DNA of 62,952 nucleotides, filler included, from Chrysochromulina tobinii (Eukaryota): NCBI GenBank assembly GCA_001275005.1. It is 4 parts of 4 records of this genome, joined end to end, with 100 filler letters (N's around TTAATTAATTAA, not from the genome) between each part and the next. Parts side by side here need not be neighbours in the genome. Positions count along the whole stretch, not along the records: positions 50,022 to 62,952 come from JWZX01001368.1; 3 more parts are not named here. One strand, given 5' to 3'. A program made the position numbers and the translations under genes. This document shows positions 50,810-60,572 of the stretch, one piece after another. Below the pieces are notes generated by a model. That model made no database searches, was not told the DNA's origin, and saw nothing but the letters and a program-made list of their open reading frames with translations. Every line of letters starts with the position of its first letter. Positions within the stretch are counted from its first letter, which is position 1.

Positions 50810-51112
50810 TTATCGCAGCTGCTGTAGGATGGGCTGCAACAATTGTCGCGCCTTCATCTCCATGGCCTGTGGCGACATGGGACTGTCAGGACATCTGATT
50901 CTGACGTCACCACGGCCGTGGGATGCGCCAACGACCACCTTGACTCCTTCGCTGGCTCCTTCCGACTCAAGAGCGGCCAGACACGCACGGTGAAAGGTCG
51001 GCACGATGTAACCGCGACGGTCCTTGCCTCAGCAGTTGCCAGGCTCCAGGGCGCTGGTGTCGATCACCACAATGAGCTGTGCCGCCTTCGGCGTCGTGTC
51101 TGTCGCCATCAT
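50810..51112 (-). CDS. Candidate selenoprotein, 100 aa, Cys27-Sec28 (in-frame TGA at 51031-51029)
   Basis: ATG ATG at 51112/51109; MMATDTTPKAAQLIVVIDTSALEPGNC-[TGA]-GKDRRGYIVPTFHRACLAALESEGASEGVKVVVGASHGRGDVRIRCPDSPMSPQAMEMKARQLLQPILQQLR-TAA. A SECIS-like hairpin starts ~40 nt after the TAA. Confidence 0.7.
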
Positions 51113-51424
51113 GTCGTCGAAAAAAGTCACGATCCGCGACGATGTGCCCAAGTCAGAAGTTTATCTTTGTACATGTGTTTACTCTCGGATTCGTCAGACG
51201 TAGTTCGGCGTCTAACGAGCTCCAGGTGTGCAAAGTGCATGCTAGAGACTATATGGTTATTTCTTTCTAACAATTTCTTTCTCAGACTCGGACAGTTGTG
51301 TTGCCGTCCCGACCGAAAACCACGATCTTTACGCAGGGCCCGTGCCCGCGCCCGGTGAGCTCGTGCAAGCCACTTTTAGCTAGATTGAGCTCGCGTGTCA
51401 TAGTCGAGCGCGCCTTGCACGACA

Positions 51425-52309
51425 TCACCAGTTGTCCCAGGCGATCGGCGCGTTCGGCGAGCGGATCACGCAGTGGGGCGTTGGCCCATGTTTCGTCCAG
51501 AAGGCATCTGGCAGTTTGGGGGCGTGTGTGTCCTTGAGCGAGGCGGGCGCCCACTGCTCGAAAGGTGGAAGCGAGACCACTTGGGGCTGCGCCGAGCAGT
51601 ACGGCCGTGCTCCCGGCTTGGCGAGGTATTGCTCTGCGCATGACGCGAAGAGCGACAAGGACACGACAGTGAGTGGGTCGCACGAGCAGCCGTATCTCGC
51701 GACGTCAGGCGGAGGGGCAAGGCGCGCACGGTGGTAGTCCTCTCCGTAGTAGAAGATCGTATCGAACTCGGACGCCGCCTTCATCTCGGTCGTGATTTTA
51801 CGGGGCTTGCCAGCCTTTTTGGACAAGGCCGCCTCGTACGCCGCGGCACTCGCCTCGATCAGCTGCCGCTGCTCATCGTCGGTCCAGTAGAACCCACTCC
51901 GGTACTGGGTGCCCCTGTCGTTGCCCTGGCCCATGCCTGCGGTGGGATCGTGCGCCTCCCAGAACCAGCGCAGGATGTCGACGAAGGAGATCTTAGATGG
52001 GTCGTAGACGACCTGCACCGCTTCAGTGTGGCCAGTGCGGCCGGAGCACACCTCCTCGTACGTGGGGTTGGGCGTGTAGCCGGCTGCGTAGCCTATGGCG
52101 GTGCTGTGGATGCCGCCACCTGGCAGGCGCCAGATGCCCTTCTCCGAGCCCCAGAAGCAGCCATTCCCGAAGACAGCCACCTTGAAACCTGCCGGCCATG
52201 GCCCCTTCATCGGCGTGCCAAGCACGAAGTGCTTGTCTGAGACAGGCATCTCGGAAGGGCGTCCGGGCAGAGCCCTTTCCTTCTCGACCATCGTCTCTGA
52301 GCCGCCCAT
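51425..52309 (-). CDS. msrA: Peptide methionine sulfoxide reductase A; 2 exons (intron 51729-51634)
   Basis: GNGCFWGSEK, GYAAGYTPNPTYEEVCSGRTGHTEAVQVVYDP and HDPTAGMGQGNDRGTQYRSG. Removing the 96-nt GTGCGC...GCGCAG intron restores EDYHQQYL. Start uncertain: a hydrophobic stretch continues upstream to ~52351. Confidence 0.95.
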   Translation of the reverse strand: MGGSETMVEKERALPGRPSEMPVSDKHFVLGTPMKGPWPAGFKVAVFGNGCFWGSEKGIWRLPGGGIHSTAIGYAAGYTPNPTYEEVCSGRTGHTEAVQVVYDPSKISFVDILRWFWEAHDPTAGMGQGNDRGTQYRSGFYWTDDEQRQLIEASAAAYEAALSKKAGKPRKITTEMKAASEFDTIFYYGEDYHRARLAPPPDVARYGCSCDPLTVVSLSLFASCAEQYLAKPGARPYCSAQPQVVSLPPFEQWAPASLKDTHAPKLPDAFWTKHGPTPHCVIRSPNAPIAWDNW

Positions 52310-52774
52310 GAGAAGCGAGCAGACGAGCCCCGTGAGAGCTAGTGCGAGCACGAACTCCGTTTATGCGTGGGGTCCATCGTCGGCGACCGAAATTTTCTGA
52401 GAAAGTTCCGAATGAGACTGCGGTCAGTTTACGTTGATCCGTTGTTGCGGGATGCTCGGGTTAAAGGCGCCGAAGCGCGTAGGGGGCGCGCCCGGCGGGG
52501 CGGTGCGCGAACGCCTCAGACGCGTGCCACGATTTGTGCGTTGTGCGGACTGGGGCGCGTGCTCCTTGGGTCCTTGTGGTACTGTCAGTATCAACCTAGT
52601 GCACACGACCAAGCTCAGCGCAGTTTCTCAGAAGGCGATGTGAAAACTAAAACGGGTACCAATCGCGCTGATTGGTTTTCCACACAGCTCATCGAGAGCG
52701 AGGTCGCGATCAGCACGCGGAGGCCTTCGCCATCGTCGCAATCGTCGTGTCGACGTCCTCTATTCACTACGGTC

Positions 52775-53020
52775 ATGAGGAGAGATCACTTGTTAGTATC
52801 CACGCTTGCGGCTCTGACATCCGTTCGGGGCGCCTTCTTCGCCGGTACGCCGCTGCCGCAGTCGCTTGAGCGGTCCAGCAGCAGCGCCGGCGCGCTCGCC
52901 CATCCTCTGCAGCAGCAGCAGCACGGCACTGCGTTCCTGGGCAGCAGCCGCGTCTCCTGCTTCGACAGCGGGATTTCCAGCAGCAGCAGCAGCAGCAGTA
53001 GCCGAAGCAGCAGCAGCAGC

Positions 53021-53055
<35 letters not shown>

Positions 53056-55282
53056 GTGTCGCAGGCGTGCGACATTGCCTGCGTGTGTCGCGACCGATGC
53101 CGATTCGGCCCTCAAGGCGGCCGAGATGCGCGCGCGTGCAGCCATGGAGGCGGCGGACGCGGCGGAGAAGGCGGCCAAGGGCCGGACGGCAAGCTTCGTG
53201 CCGAGCGTGGCCTCAGGGCCGGCCACCTTTCCGCTCGCGGCGGTCGTGGGCCAGGAATCGATCAAGACCGCTCTGCTACTGACGGCGGTCAACCCGAGCG
53301 GCGTGGGTGGCGTGGTTATCTCGGGCACGCGCGGCACGGCCAAGTCGATCATGGCGCGCGGTCTGCACGAGCTCTGCCCGCCGATCGAGGTCGTTAAGGG
53401 CTCTCCCTTCAATATTGACCCGAGCACGGGCACGATGCAGGAGATCGACTCGTTCCTCCTGGCCGAGTTGCAGGCGACGGGCAAGAAGCTCGAGGATCTC
53501 GAGACGGAGATCATCCCGACGCCGTTCGTGCAGGTGCCGCTCGACGTGCTCGAGGACCGGCTGCTCGGCTCGGTCGACGTCGAGAAGAGTGTGCGCACGG
53601 GTAAGACGGTCTTCGAACCTGGCCTGCTCGCTCGGGCGCACCGGGGTGTCCTCTACGTGGACGACCTCAACCTGCTCGACGAGTCCATCTCGAACCTGCT
53701 CCTCGAGGCGCTCTCGACAGGCTGGGTGAGCGTCGAGCGCGAGGGCCAGTCCGTACGCCATCCATGCCGGCCGCTCCTCATCGCCACCTTCAACCCCGAG
53801 GAGGCCGAGCTTCGGGAGCACTTGATGGACCGGATCGGCATCTGCCTGTCGGCGGACGCGGAGCCGCTGACGCAGGAGGAGAGGCTCGAGGCGACGCAGC
53901 GCGCGGTCGAGTTCAGCACCGACCCGCAGGCCTTCATCAAGAAGTACGAGGAGGGCACGAGTGCGATGAAGAGCGCCATCACGTTTGCCCGCGAATACAT
54001 CAAGCCGATCAAGACCAAGAGAGCCCAGATGAAGTATTTGTGCGAGAACGCGATCCGCGCGGGGGTCCAGGGCAGCCGCGCCGACATCTACTCGTCCGAG
54101 GTGGCGCGCGCGAACGCGGCGCTCAACGGCAACGAGATCGTGGACGCAGATGACCTTGTGCTTGCGATCAAGCTGTGCATCGCACCTCGCGGCACCGAGA
54201 TCCAGGCGCCTCCGCCACCCGACGACCAGCAGATGCAGCAGCCGCCGCCGCCGCCGCCGCCGCCCGAGCAGGAGCAGGACCAAGACGAGGACGAGCAGGA
54301 GCAGGAGCAGGAGCCCGAGCCCGAGCAGGAGCAGGACGACGCGGCACCCCCTATCCCCGAGGAGTTCATGTTCGATGTCGAGGGCGTGGCTCTCGACCCC
54401 GAGGTGATGAAGTTCGCCAACAAGGCCAAGAGCGGGCGCAGCGGCTCGCGCGGCAAGATCTTCTCCGATGAGCGTGGCCGCTACATCAAGCCGATGCTCC
54501 CCAAGGGCAAGGTGAAGAAGCTCGCCGTTGATGCTACCATGCGCACCGCCGCGCCTTACCAGAACAAGCGTCGCGCGCGCGAGATGGAGAAGACGGGCGT
54601 CGACCAGGCAGGAAGAGTCTTTATCGAATCGGCCGACGTGCGCTCGAAGAAGATGGTGCGGAAGGCGGGCTCGCTCATCATCTTCGTCGTGGACGCGTCG
54701 GGTTCGATGGCGCTCAACCGGATGAACGCGGCCAAGGGTGCTGCCATCTCTCTCCTCGCGGAGGCGTACCAGTCGCGTGATAAGATCTCGCTCATCTCCT
54801 TCCAGGGAGAGTTTGCTCAGGTGGTGCTCCCGCCCACACGTTCGATTGCGATGGCTAAGAATCGACTCGAGCGCATGCCGTGCGGCGGCGGCTCGCCGCT
54901 CGCACACGCGCTCAACATGGCAGCGCTCACGGGCATGAATGCCCAAAAATCGGGCGATGTGGGCGAGGTGCTGGTCGTCTGCATCTCGGATGGGCGCGCG
55001 AACGTGCCCCTGAGCGTGAGCGTGGGCGAAGGCCCCGTCGAGGGTGCGCCCCCGGTGGACAAGAAGGAGCTCAAGGAGGAGGTGCTCAAGACGGCGCGGA
55101 TGCTCGGCATGCTTCAGGGCTTCAAGCTGCTCATGCTCGACACCGAGAACAAGTTCGTTTCCACCGGTGTCGCCAAAGAGATCGCCGCCGCCGCCCAGGG
55201 CAAGTACCACTACATCCCCAAGGCCTCGGAGGGCGCCGTCGCGAGCGTCGCCTCGCAAGCCATCGCAAACATGCGCGGCTGA
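52775..55282 (+). CDS. chlD: Magnesium chelatase subunit D, plastid-targeted
   Basis: AAA+ domain (FPLAAVVGQESIKTALLL, SGTRGTAKS, FEPGLLARAHRGVLYVDDLNLLD), Pro/acidic linker, C-terminal vWA domain (FVVDASGSMALNRM). N-terminal signal peptide followed by a Ser-rich transit-like region. Confidence 0.96.
52978..53052 (+). repeat. (AGC)n microsatellite encoding poly-Ser in the ChlD transit-like peptide
   Basis: Direct observation. Confidence 0.9.
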
Positions 55283-55699
55283 GCTCGGAGGTGACGAAGT
55301 TCGGGCAGTGAAGAGATTTCGATCACAGGCGGAGGTGACGAAGTGCGGCTGAGCTCGGAGGTGGGTCTTCTCTCGAGCATTCATGGAGTGCACGAGGACG
55401 TGTGGATGGACGAGGAGCGCTCGCGACGACGCGGAACATGGCGGTTTCATCCGAGTGCAGGCTGGTGTCCATGAAGAAGGGGCGTGTGGCGTATTGCATG
55501 CGGCCGTCGTCGCCTGCCTGCCGATGGTAGGCACGGGTGTGGCAACGGGGGGGGGGGGGGGGCATATCGATCGTCGACGGAGGGGGCGGACGAGGGAGCG
55601 GCAAGCGCGCTTCGCTTCCCACTCGTAATGAGGCATCCCATTAGGTGGGGATGATGGAGCTGTGGGGATGTCGGAGCTCACTTTCGAAGTGCGGGCAGT

Positions 55700-55830
55700 G
55701 ACGAGATCGTGACGAGATCTGGGGCGGGGGGCATGCGAGCTGAGATCTCGTCACGATCTCTGGGGCGGAGGGCATGCGATCTCGTCACGATCTCGTCACG
55801 ATGGGGCGGGGGGCATGCGAGCAGAGATCG
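55700..55830. repeat. Compound short repeat (GATCTCGTCAC / GTGACGAGATC and GGGGCGGGGGGCATGCGA units)
   Basis: Three GGGGCGG.GGGCATGCGA blocks interleaved with GAGATC/GATCTCGTCAC motifs in both orientations. Confidence 0.75.
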
Positions 55831-56422
55831 GGCGGAGACCGGGCGGCCGGCGTACCAAGGAATAGCGGACGGCGGGCGCGGCGACACCTACACACACAGG
55901 CACGAGGACGCGCCGGTGCGTAGGGACGTGCCATGCTTGGGGAGCACGGTGTCGGTTTTTGTGAAGCATTGTTCACTCGCGCGGGATGATGCGTCCCGGT
56001 GACGACGTGTGCAGGTGTGTTAAAAAATCCAAGGGGACGGCCACTTGTTTTTCATTTCTGAGAGTCGGCGCCACGCCTCCGTGCTCCGCACCGCTTTTTC
56101 GATTTCGTCCCTGGATCTCGCTATCTGCAAGACTCCCGGCCGGCGGCGGCGGCGCCCGCCCGCCCCCCCCGCGTGGGGTGGCGGCGGGCGGCGGGCGGGG
56201 CGCAGCTGTTGCATGGGCACGTACACTGCGGTTAGTATGGTACGCCCAATCAACGCGCCGCCGGCCGAAGTGACGCGTCTCCGGGCCCCTCTTGGCCAAT
56301 CGCTAATGGCTGAAGCAATTCTATGTGATTGCGCTTCTCCAAAATAAACGCCCTGCAGCAGGAGCCGTCCGAGTAGCCGACCACCCTGGACTCTCGTTTC
56401 CTTGGCTCCAGGAAATCAGGCA

Positions 56423-57334
56423 ATGAGCGAAAATCAGGCGACACAGGCAGCCGCCGCTGCCTCTTCGTCAGACACTGTGCAAGCGCCGCCCGCCACCAAG
56501 CCGGTGCGAAAGGCAAAGACGTCACGGTCACCGCCCAAGCCCCAGCCAGCATGGGACTCACGACCAGCGAAGCCCCGCCAAAAGACGGAAGCGGAAGAGA
56601 TGGCCGAGCTGCGCGAGATGATTGCATCGCCGTCCAAAGAGGGCGGGGGAGGCCATCACAGCAAGGACGTTACCGATCCGTCGCAGACGTCGCAAGCCTC
56701 CTCAGGCGAAGGAGGCCGACCAAGGTGGGACAAGCGCCCTTTGATAAACCCGCCAGGTGCAGTGCGCGGCTTGCGGCCGGTGACGCAGGAGCCATGGGTG
56801 GAGGTCCAGCAGGAAGATAACAAGACGAAGCACAGCTTCGGCCACGAGGATGAGTACGAGTACAGCGACGGCTACAATTTCTTGGTCGACGAGGCACGCC
56901 GCAATCGTGAGGAGAACTCGAGCGGCCAGGCGTGGCGCGTGACACCGGTGCGGCACGTGCCGGCGGCGCTCCGCGGCCAAAAGCCTCGACGCAAGGAGCC
57001 ATGGACCGCCTCGAATGACGACATATCATTTCTTAACGCCATCGACGGCGTCTCGGTCAATGAGTTTTACGCCGTCACCGCCGACCGCGACAATCGCGTC
57101 ACGCCGACCATCGTGCAACCGTCGTGGGATGGCAGCCAGAAGCTTGGGCGGCCGTCCATGCGACCTGATCTCGTGGCTGAGCGCCAGTGGCGAGCCCAAC
57201 ACTTCCGCGCCGCGCGGGCGCCGGGAGCGCCTGAAGGTGGACCAGTCCATCGCAGCCCTCCCAAGGCCAAGAGCAAGCTGAAGGCGAAGACCGAGCGCTC
57301 CGCCACAGCCGACTCAAAGCCAAGGGAAAGCTAA
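56423..57334 (+). CDS. Hypothetical, largely disordered protein with spaced P-x-W motifs
   Basis: 303-aa ORF with coding-like codon usage; motifs QPAWDSRP, RPRWDKRP, QEPW, KEPW, QPSWDGS. Confidence 0.6.
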   Translation: MSENQATQAAAAASSSDTVQAPPATKPVRKAKTSRSPPKPQPAWDSRPAKPRQKTEAEEMAELREMIASPSKEGGGGHHSKDVTDPSQTSQASSGEGGRPRWDKRPLINPPGAVRGLRPVTQEPWVEVQQEDNKTKHSFGHEDEYEYSDGYNFLVDEARRNREENSSGQAWRVTPVRHVPAALRGQKPRRKEPWTASNDDISFLNAIDGVSVNEFYAVTADRDNRVTPTIVQPSWDGSQKLGRPSMRPDLVAERQWRAQHFRAARAPGAPEGGPVHRSPPKAKSKLKAKTERSATADSKPRES

Positions 57335-58565
57335 AGGCCACGGCCGAGCGCCATGTCGAGCGCTCCGTCACAGCCGAGGCGTACTGTCGACGTACCGCGT
57401 ACGTTTCGGCATGCTGCCGCCCACCGTCGGTTCCCTGGACCGACGCGTGGCGGTGTGATGTTGTGCGCCTTGTTTCATCAATTTGGTATTGGTTTCGTAT
57501 TGGTTGCGCATCACTGATTAAATGTTGAGCGCCTTCATGCCGCAGTTCCATGTGCACGTATTGCACGCGGATATTCACAGAAAAGATATGTTAGTCGTTC
57601 ATGTAACCTTTCAGTTATAATTCAGTTAACGCTTAACGGACCGGACGGCGCCTCGGCGCGCGATCCGCGCGTTAGGGCCTCGATCCGGGCTAGACGATAA
57701 CTATTGGGCTTATCGACCGGCATGGACAGCGCGATAGGTCGACAACATGTTTTACATCCCTCAACATCCGAGACGAGCCACAGACGCGGCCCCAGCACGG
57801 TCGCGCCCACGCGCGCCTCCCACGACCTGGACACCACGCTGCACGCAGAGGGTGAGGGGATTGTGGTAGGGGATTGGCGGATTGCACACGACCCGCACCG
57901 GCGTGCAACAGCCGGTGACCCGGGCGCCGGGGCGACGGGTCGCACGTCGTCACGATCCCGCACCGTCGCAATCGATCGGAACGAATCCTCGTCAACGACT
58001 CAGTAACACTCGTCACCCTCGACCCACACTGTGCAGTCGTTTCCTAAAACCGGAAATTTTTGACTAGGACCCTACGGCGTACGGGGTAGCGGCAAGCGGG
58101 GGTTCAGGCGTATCTAAGGCGGCCATGAAGGCGGCGAGCGGAAGCAACGATCAAATATGATCAAATTTTATCTGCGGCCTGCGCGTACGTCGAATATTTC
58201 GTATTTGCACGTACAAAATCATTCAGACATCAGAGCTCTTCACATGCGAGTCATGCCACATCGCCCTGACGTGCGTCGTCCCGTCCAAACTGTGTGAGTG
58301 TTACTGAGTGACCCGGACGGCTTTACTCGTACCGTCGTGGTCGTCACACCGCAGTGTTTTTGATTTCCCGGTATTTGGGTGGTAAATACCACTTTTGGGG
58401 TTTTTCGGGCACTGGTATGCGGTGGTATTGGTATGCGTGGTATTTTTAGTTTCAAGGTTTTTACGGAGGCTTCGGGGACGTTTCCCGCACGACAAAACGA
58501 TGGACCGCGAGTCGTGTGGGTGACGGGGGGTTTCCTATACAAATTGGGGGGGTTTTCCTATACAA

Positions 58566-59000
58566 TACGTATCCTGATGTATCCTGCATGTATCCTGCAT
58601 GTATCTTGCATGTATTCTGATGTGTCCCGTTCAAATACATCAAGATACATCAAGATACATCAAGATACATCGAGATACAACAAGATACATTTGTATCTGT
58701 CACTTTGGCCATCATGCATCAAAGAAAATGTATCTTACCTAGGGATATGTATCCTTCTTTACGATACATTCAGGATACATTTAACGATTTAAGATACATT
58801 GTATCTTAACCCTCAGATACATGACACACAAGATACATTCCCCGTAGCCCCAGAGATACGTATCATGCATGTATTCCGAATGTGTATCCTATATGTATCC
58901 CGTATGTATCTTGATTACCTTCTAGGGGCCTTCTAGGATACATGTATGCTGCATGTATCCTGCACGTATCCCGCATGTCTCCTTCATATCAGATACGTCG
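58566..59000. repeat. Array of GATACAT/ATGTATC motifs in both orientations (10- and 11-nt tandem sub-arrays)
   Basis: ATGTATCCTGC tandem units at ~58577-58620, CAAGATACAT tandem units at ~58641-58690, and many further copies to ~59000. AT-rich. Confidence 0.9.
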
Positions 59001-59018
59001 ATCTCTGGATGCATTTGA

Positions 59019-60572
59019 CTCACCCCACACGCTCTACTGACCCACGCGGCGTTTCCGGCCGTGTTGCCCTGCCTCCTGACGGTGGGATTGAAGGGGGCGG
59101 ACCACTCGATCTTCTCGACCCTCGACATCCCCCAGTACCTCGAAGGGGCTCCGGAGTACAACGTGCTGAACTTCTCTAACCTCTATCCGCGTCTGAACCT
59201 CGACCAGTTGTCGGCATACGCATGCTTCGCGTTCCCGCACGGCGCGGCACCGAAGGCGGCAGAAAGGGAGTCTCCTCTCCTGCTGGGGGATTCCCTGTGC
59301 AAGGCTCCCTTGAAGATCTTTCCTTGGCGCACTGCAGTGATGTCACTCCTCTTCCTCGCGCCGTTGTCGTCGACGGTACGCGTGGGCGCCTTCGTGTTCG
59401 CCAACCTTGGGTACGCAGAGGCCACCGTCTGCCCGCACTGCAAGGATACAATTCTGCCTGCGGCGCATCCGGCTACGGCATGCCCACTTGTGACCGAGCT
59501 CAACAACAACGCTGCGATCTTCACCAACAAGAGACTGGGCTCCTCGCCGACGGTCGTCCATTCTTTGACGCACGAGTTAGCGATGCAGTTCACCCGGCCT
59601 GTCATTGATGCCATCGTCGGCCTCGCGTGTGCACCTGTACATGGTTTATCTATCGACTTCACCGACGCGATGTACACTCAGTCGAATGCAGTCGTCAAGG
59701 CGGCGGTGTACGGGCACTGCTCCTTCGCGGAAGCGTCGGCGATCTTGTCGGAGCGACTCGACGCCGCCGGCGACATGCCCAGCATCGAGAAGATCCGCGG
59801 TGCAATGGACTCACTCAAGTCGGCCAGCGAGTCTGCGGTGAACACTGCCACTGGCACTCACATGTTCGTTTGGGCACGGGTGTCCAACGTGATCTCCAAG
59901 CGCCTGGACCTCACCTTCAAGCTCGAGGCGGCCGGTAAATCGAAGGCGACCAGCCACTCCGCTACCCTCGTGCGCCCGGAGACTGAGTCCGAGTTCTACG
60001 AGATGGTCCACCTCTTCGTGATGGTTGTCATCTCGCTCGGCTTGTCGTCGGCGATCATCGTCATGAAGTTCATTGATGATGTGGTCTTCGGGACAGTCCG
60101 TATGAAGGAGCACTTCGGCTCGGCTCATGAGTTGCTCCTTCTGTACCTCCGCGAGATCGACTTTGACCCGGCTCGTGTTCTGCACATGGCCAATGTTTTC
60201 CGCCGAGGCGGTCAGGACACGTTGATGTCGGAGGCGCGCCGCAACGCGGCCGCCAGCTTTCGTACGTGCGGGGCGAACCTGCTGCAGCTCGACGGAGCCA
60301 AGTACCCGGGTAGTGACCGGGTCACCAAGAACCTCAAGCCCGACCTCAAGCCCAACGGCAAGCACGACGACTCAAGCAAGAAGCCCTGCGCTGACTTCAA
60401 CGCCGGCCGGCCGTGCCGCACGCTTAAGGCTGACGGCTCGTGCGCTTTCGCGCACAAGTGCAATCAGTTCGTTTCCGACAAGGGGCCTCTGGGTTACTGC
60501 TTTGGCCCTCATGCTCGGTGCACAGGCTGCACCTACGCCGACGACAAGAAGCTCAAGTCGCCAGCTAAGTGA
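59019..60572 (+). CDS. Gag-like ORF of the YR retroelement, 5'-truncated
   Basis: Frame is open from just after the GATACAT array (TGA at 59016) to TAA at 60572. C-terminal CADFNAGRPC...C.FAHKC...CFGPH..C zinc-finger-like region; directly followed by pol-like sequence. Confidence 0.62.
   Translation, partial: LTPHALLTHAAFPAVLPCLLTVGLKGADHSIFSTLDIPQYLEGAPEYNVLNFSNLYPRLNLDQLSAYACFAFPHGAAPKAAERESPLLLGDSLCKAPLKIFPWRTAVMSLLFLAPLSSTVRVGAFVFANLGYAEATVCPHCKDTILPAAHPATACPLVTELNNNAAIFTNKRLGSSPTVVHSLTHELAMQFTRPVIDAIVGLACAPVHGLSIDFTDAMYTQSNAVVKAAVYGHCSFAEASAILSERLDAAGDMPSIEKIRGAMDSLKSASESAVNTATGTHMFVWARVSNVISKRLDLTFKLEAAGKSKATSHSATLVRPETESEFYEMVHLFVMVVISLGLSSAIIVMKFIDDVVFGTVRMKEHFGSAHELLLLYLREIDFDPARVLHMANVFRRGGQDTLMSEARRNAAASFRTCGANLLQLDGAKYPGSDRVTKNLKPDLKPNGKHDDSSKKPCADFNAGRPCRTLKADGSCAFAHKCNQFVSDKGPLGYCFGPHARCTGCTYADDKKLKSPAK

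Noticed and set aside
51634..51729. Apparent 32-aa insertion in MsrA
   Set aside because: It is an in-frame GT-AG intron; removal restores YHQQYL.
52150..52170. MsrA as a selenoprotein
   Set aside because: The active-site codon is TGC (GCFWG). The SECIS-like element lies beyond another ORF that has its own in-frame TGA.
52367..52774. 136-aa N-terminal extension of ChlD in the ORF track
   Set aside because: Starts at GTG and covers the intergenic region; the ATG at 52775 begins a signal-peptide-like sequence.
53276..55681. 801-aa minus-strand ORF, and many other antisense/overlapping ORFs such as 2669-3526, 3653-4552, 34099-35274 and 39049-40236
   Set aside because: These are antisense shadows of GC-rich genes with biased third codon positions; no independent domain signal.
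58379..58792. ORF containing YIKIHQDTSRY repeats
   Set aside because: Translation of the non-coding GATACAT array.
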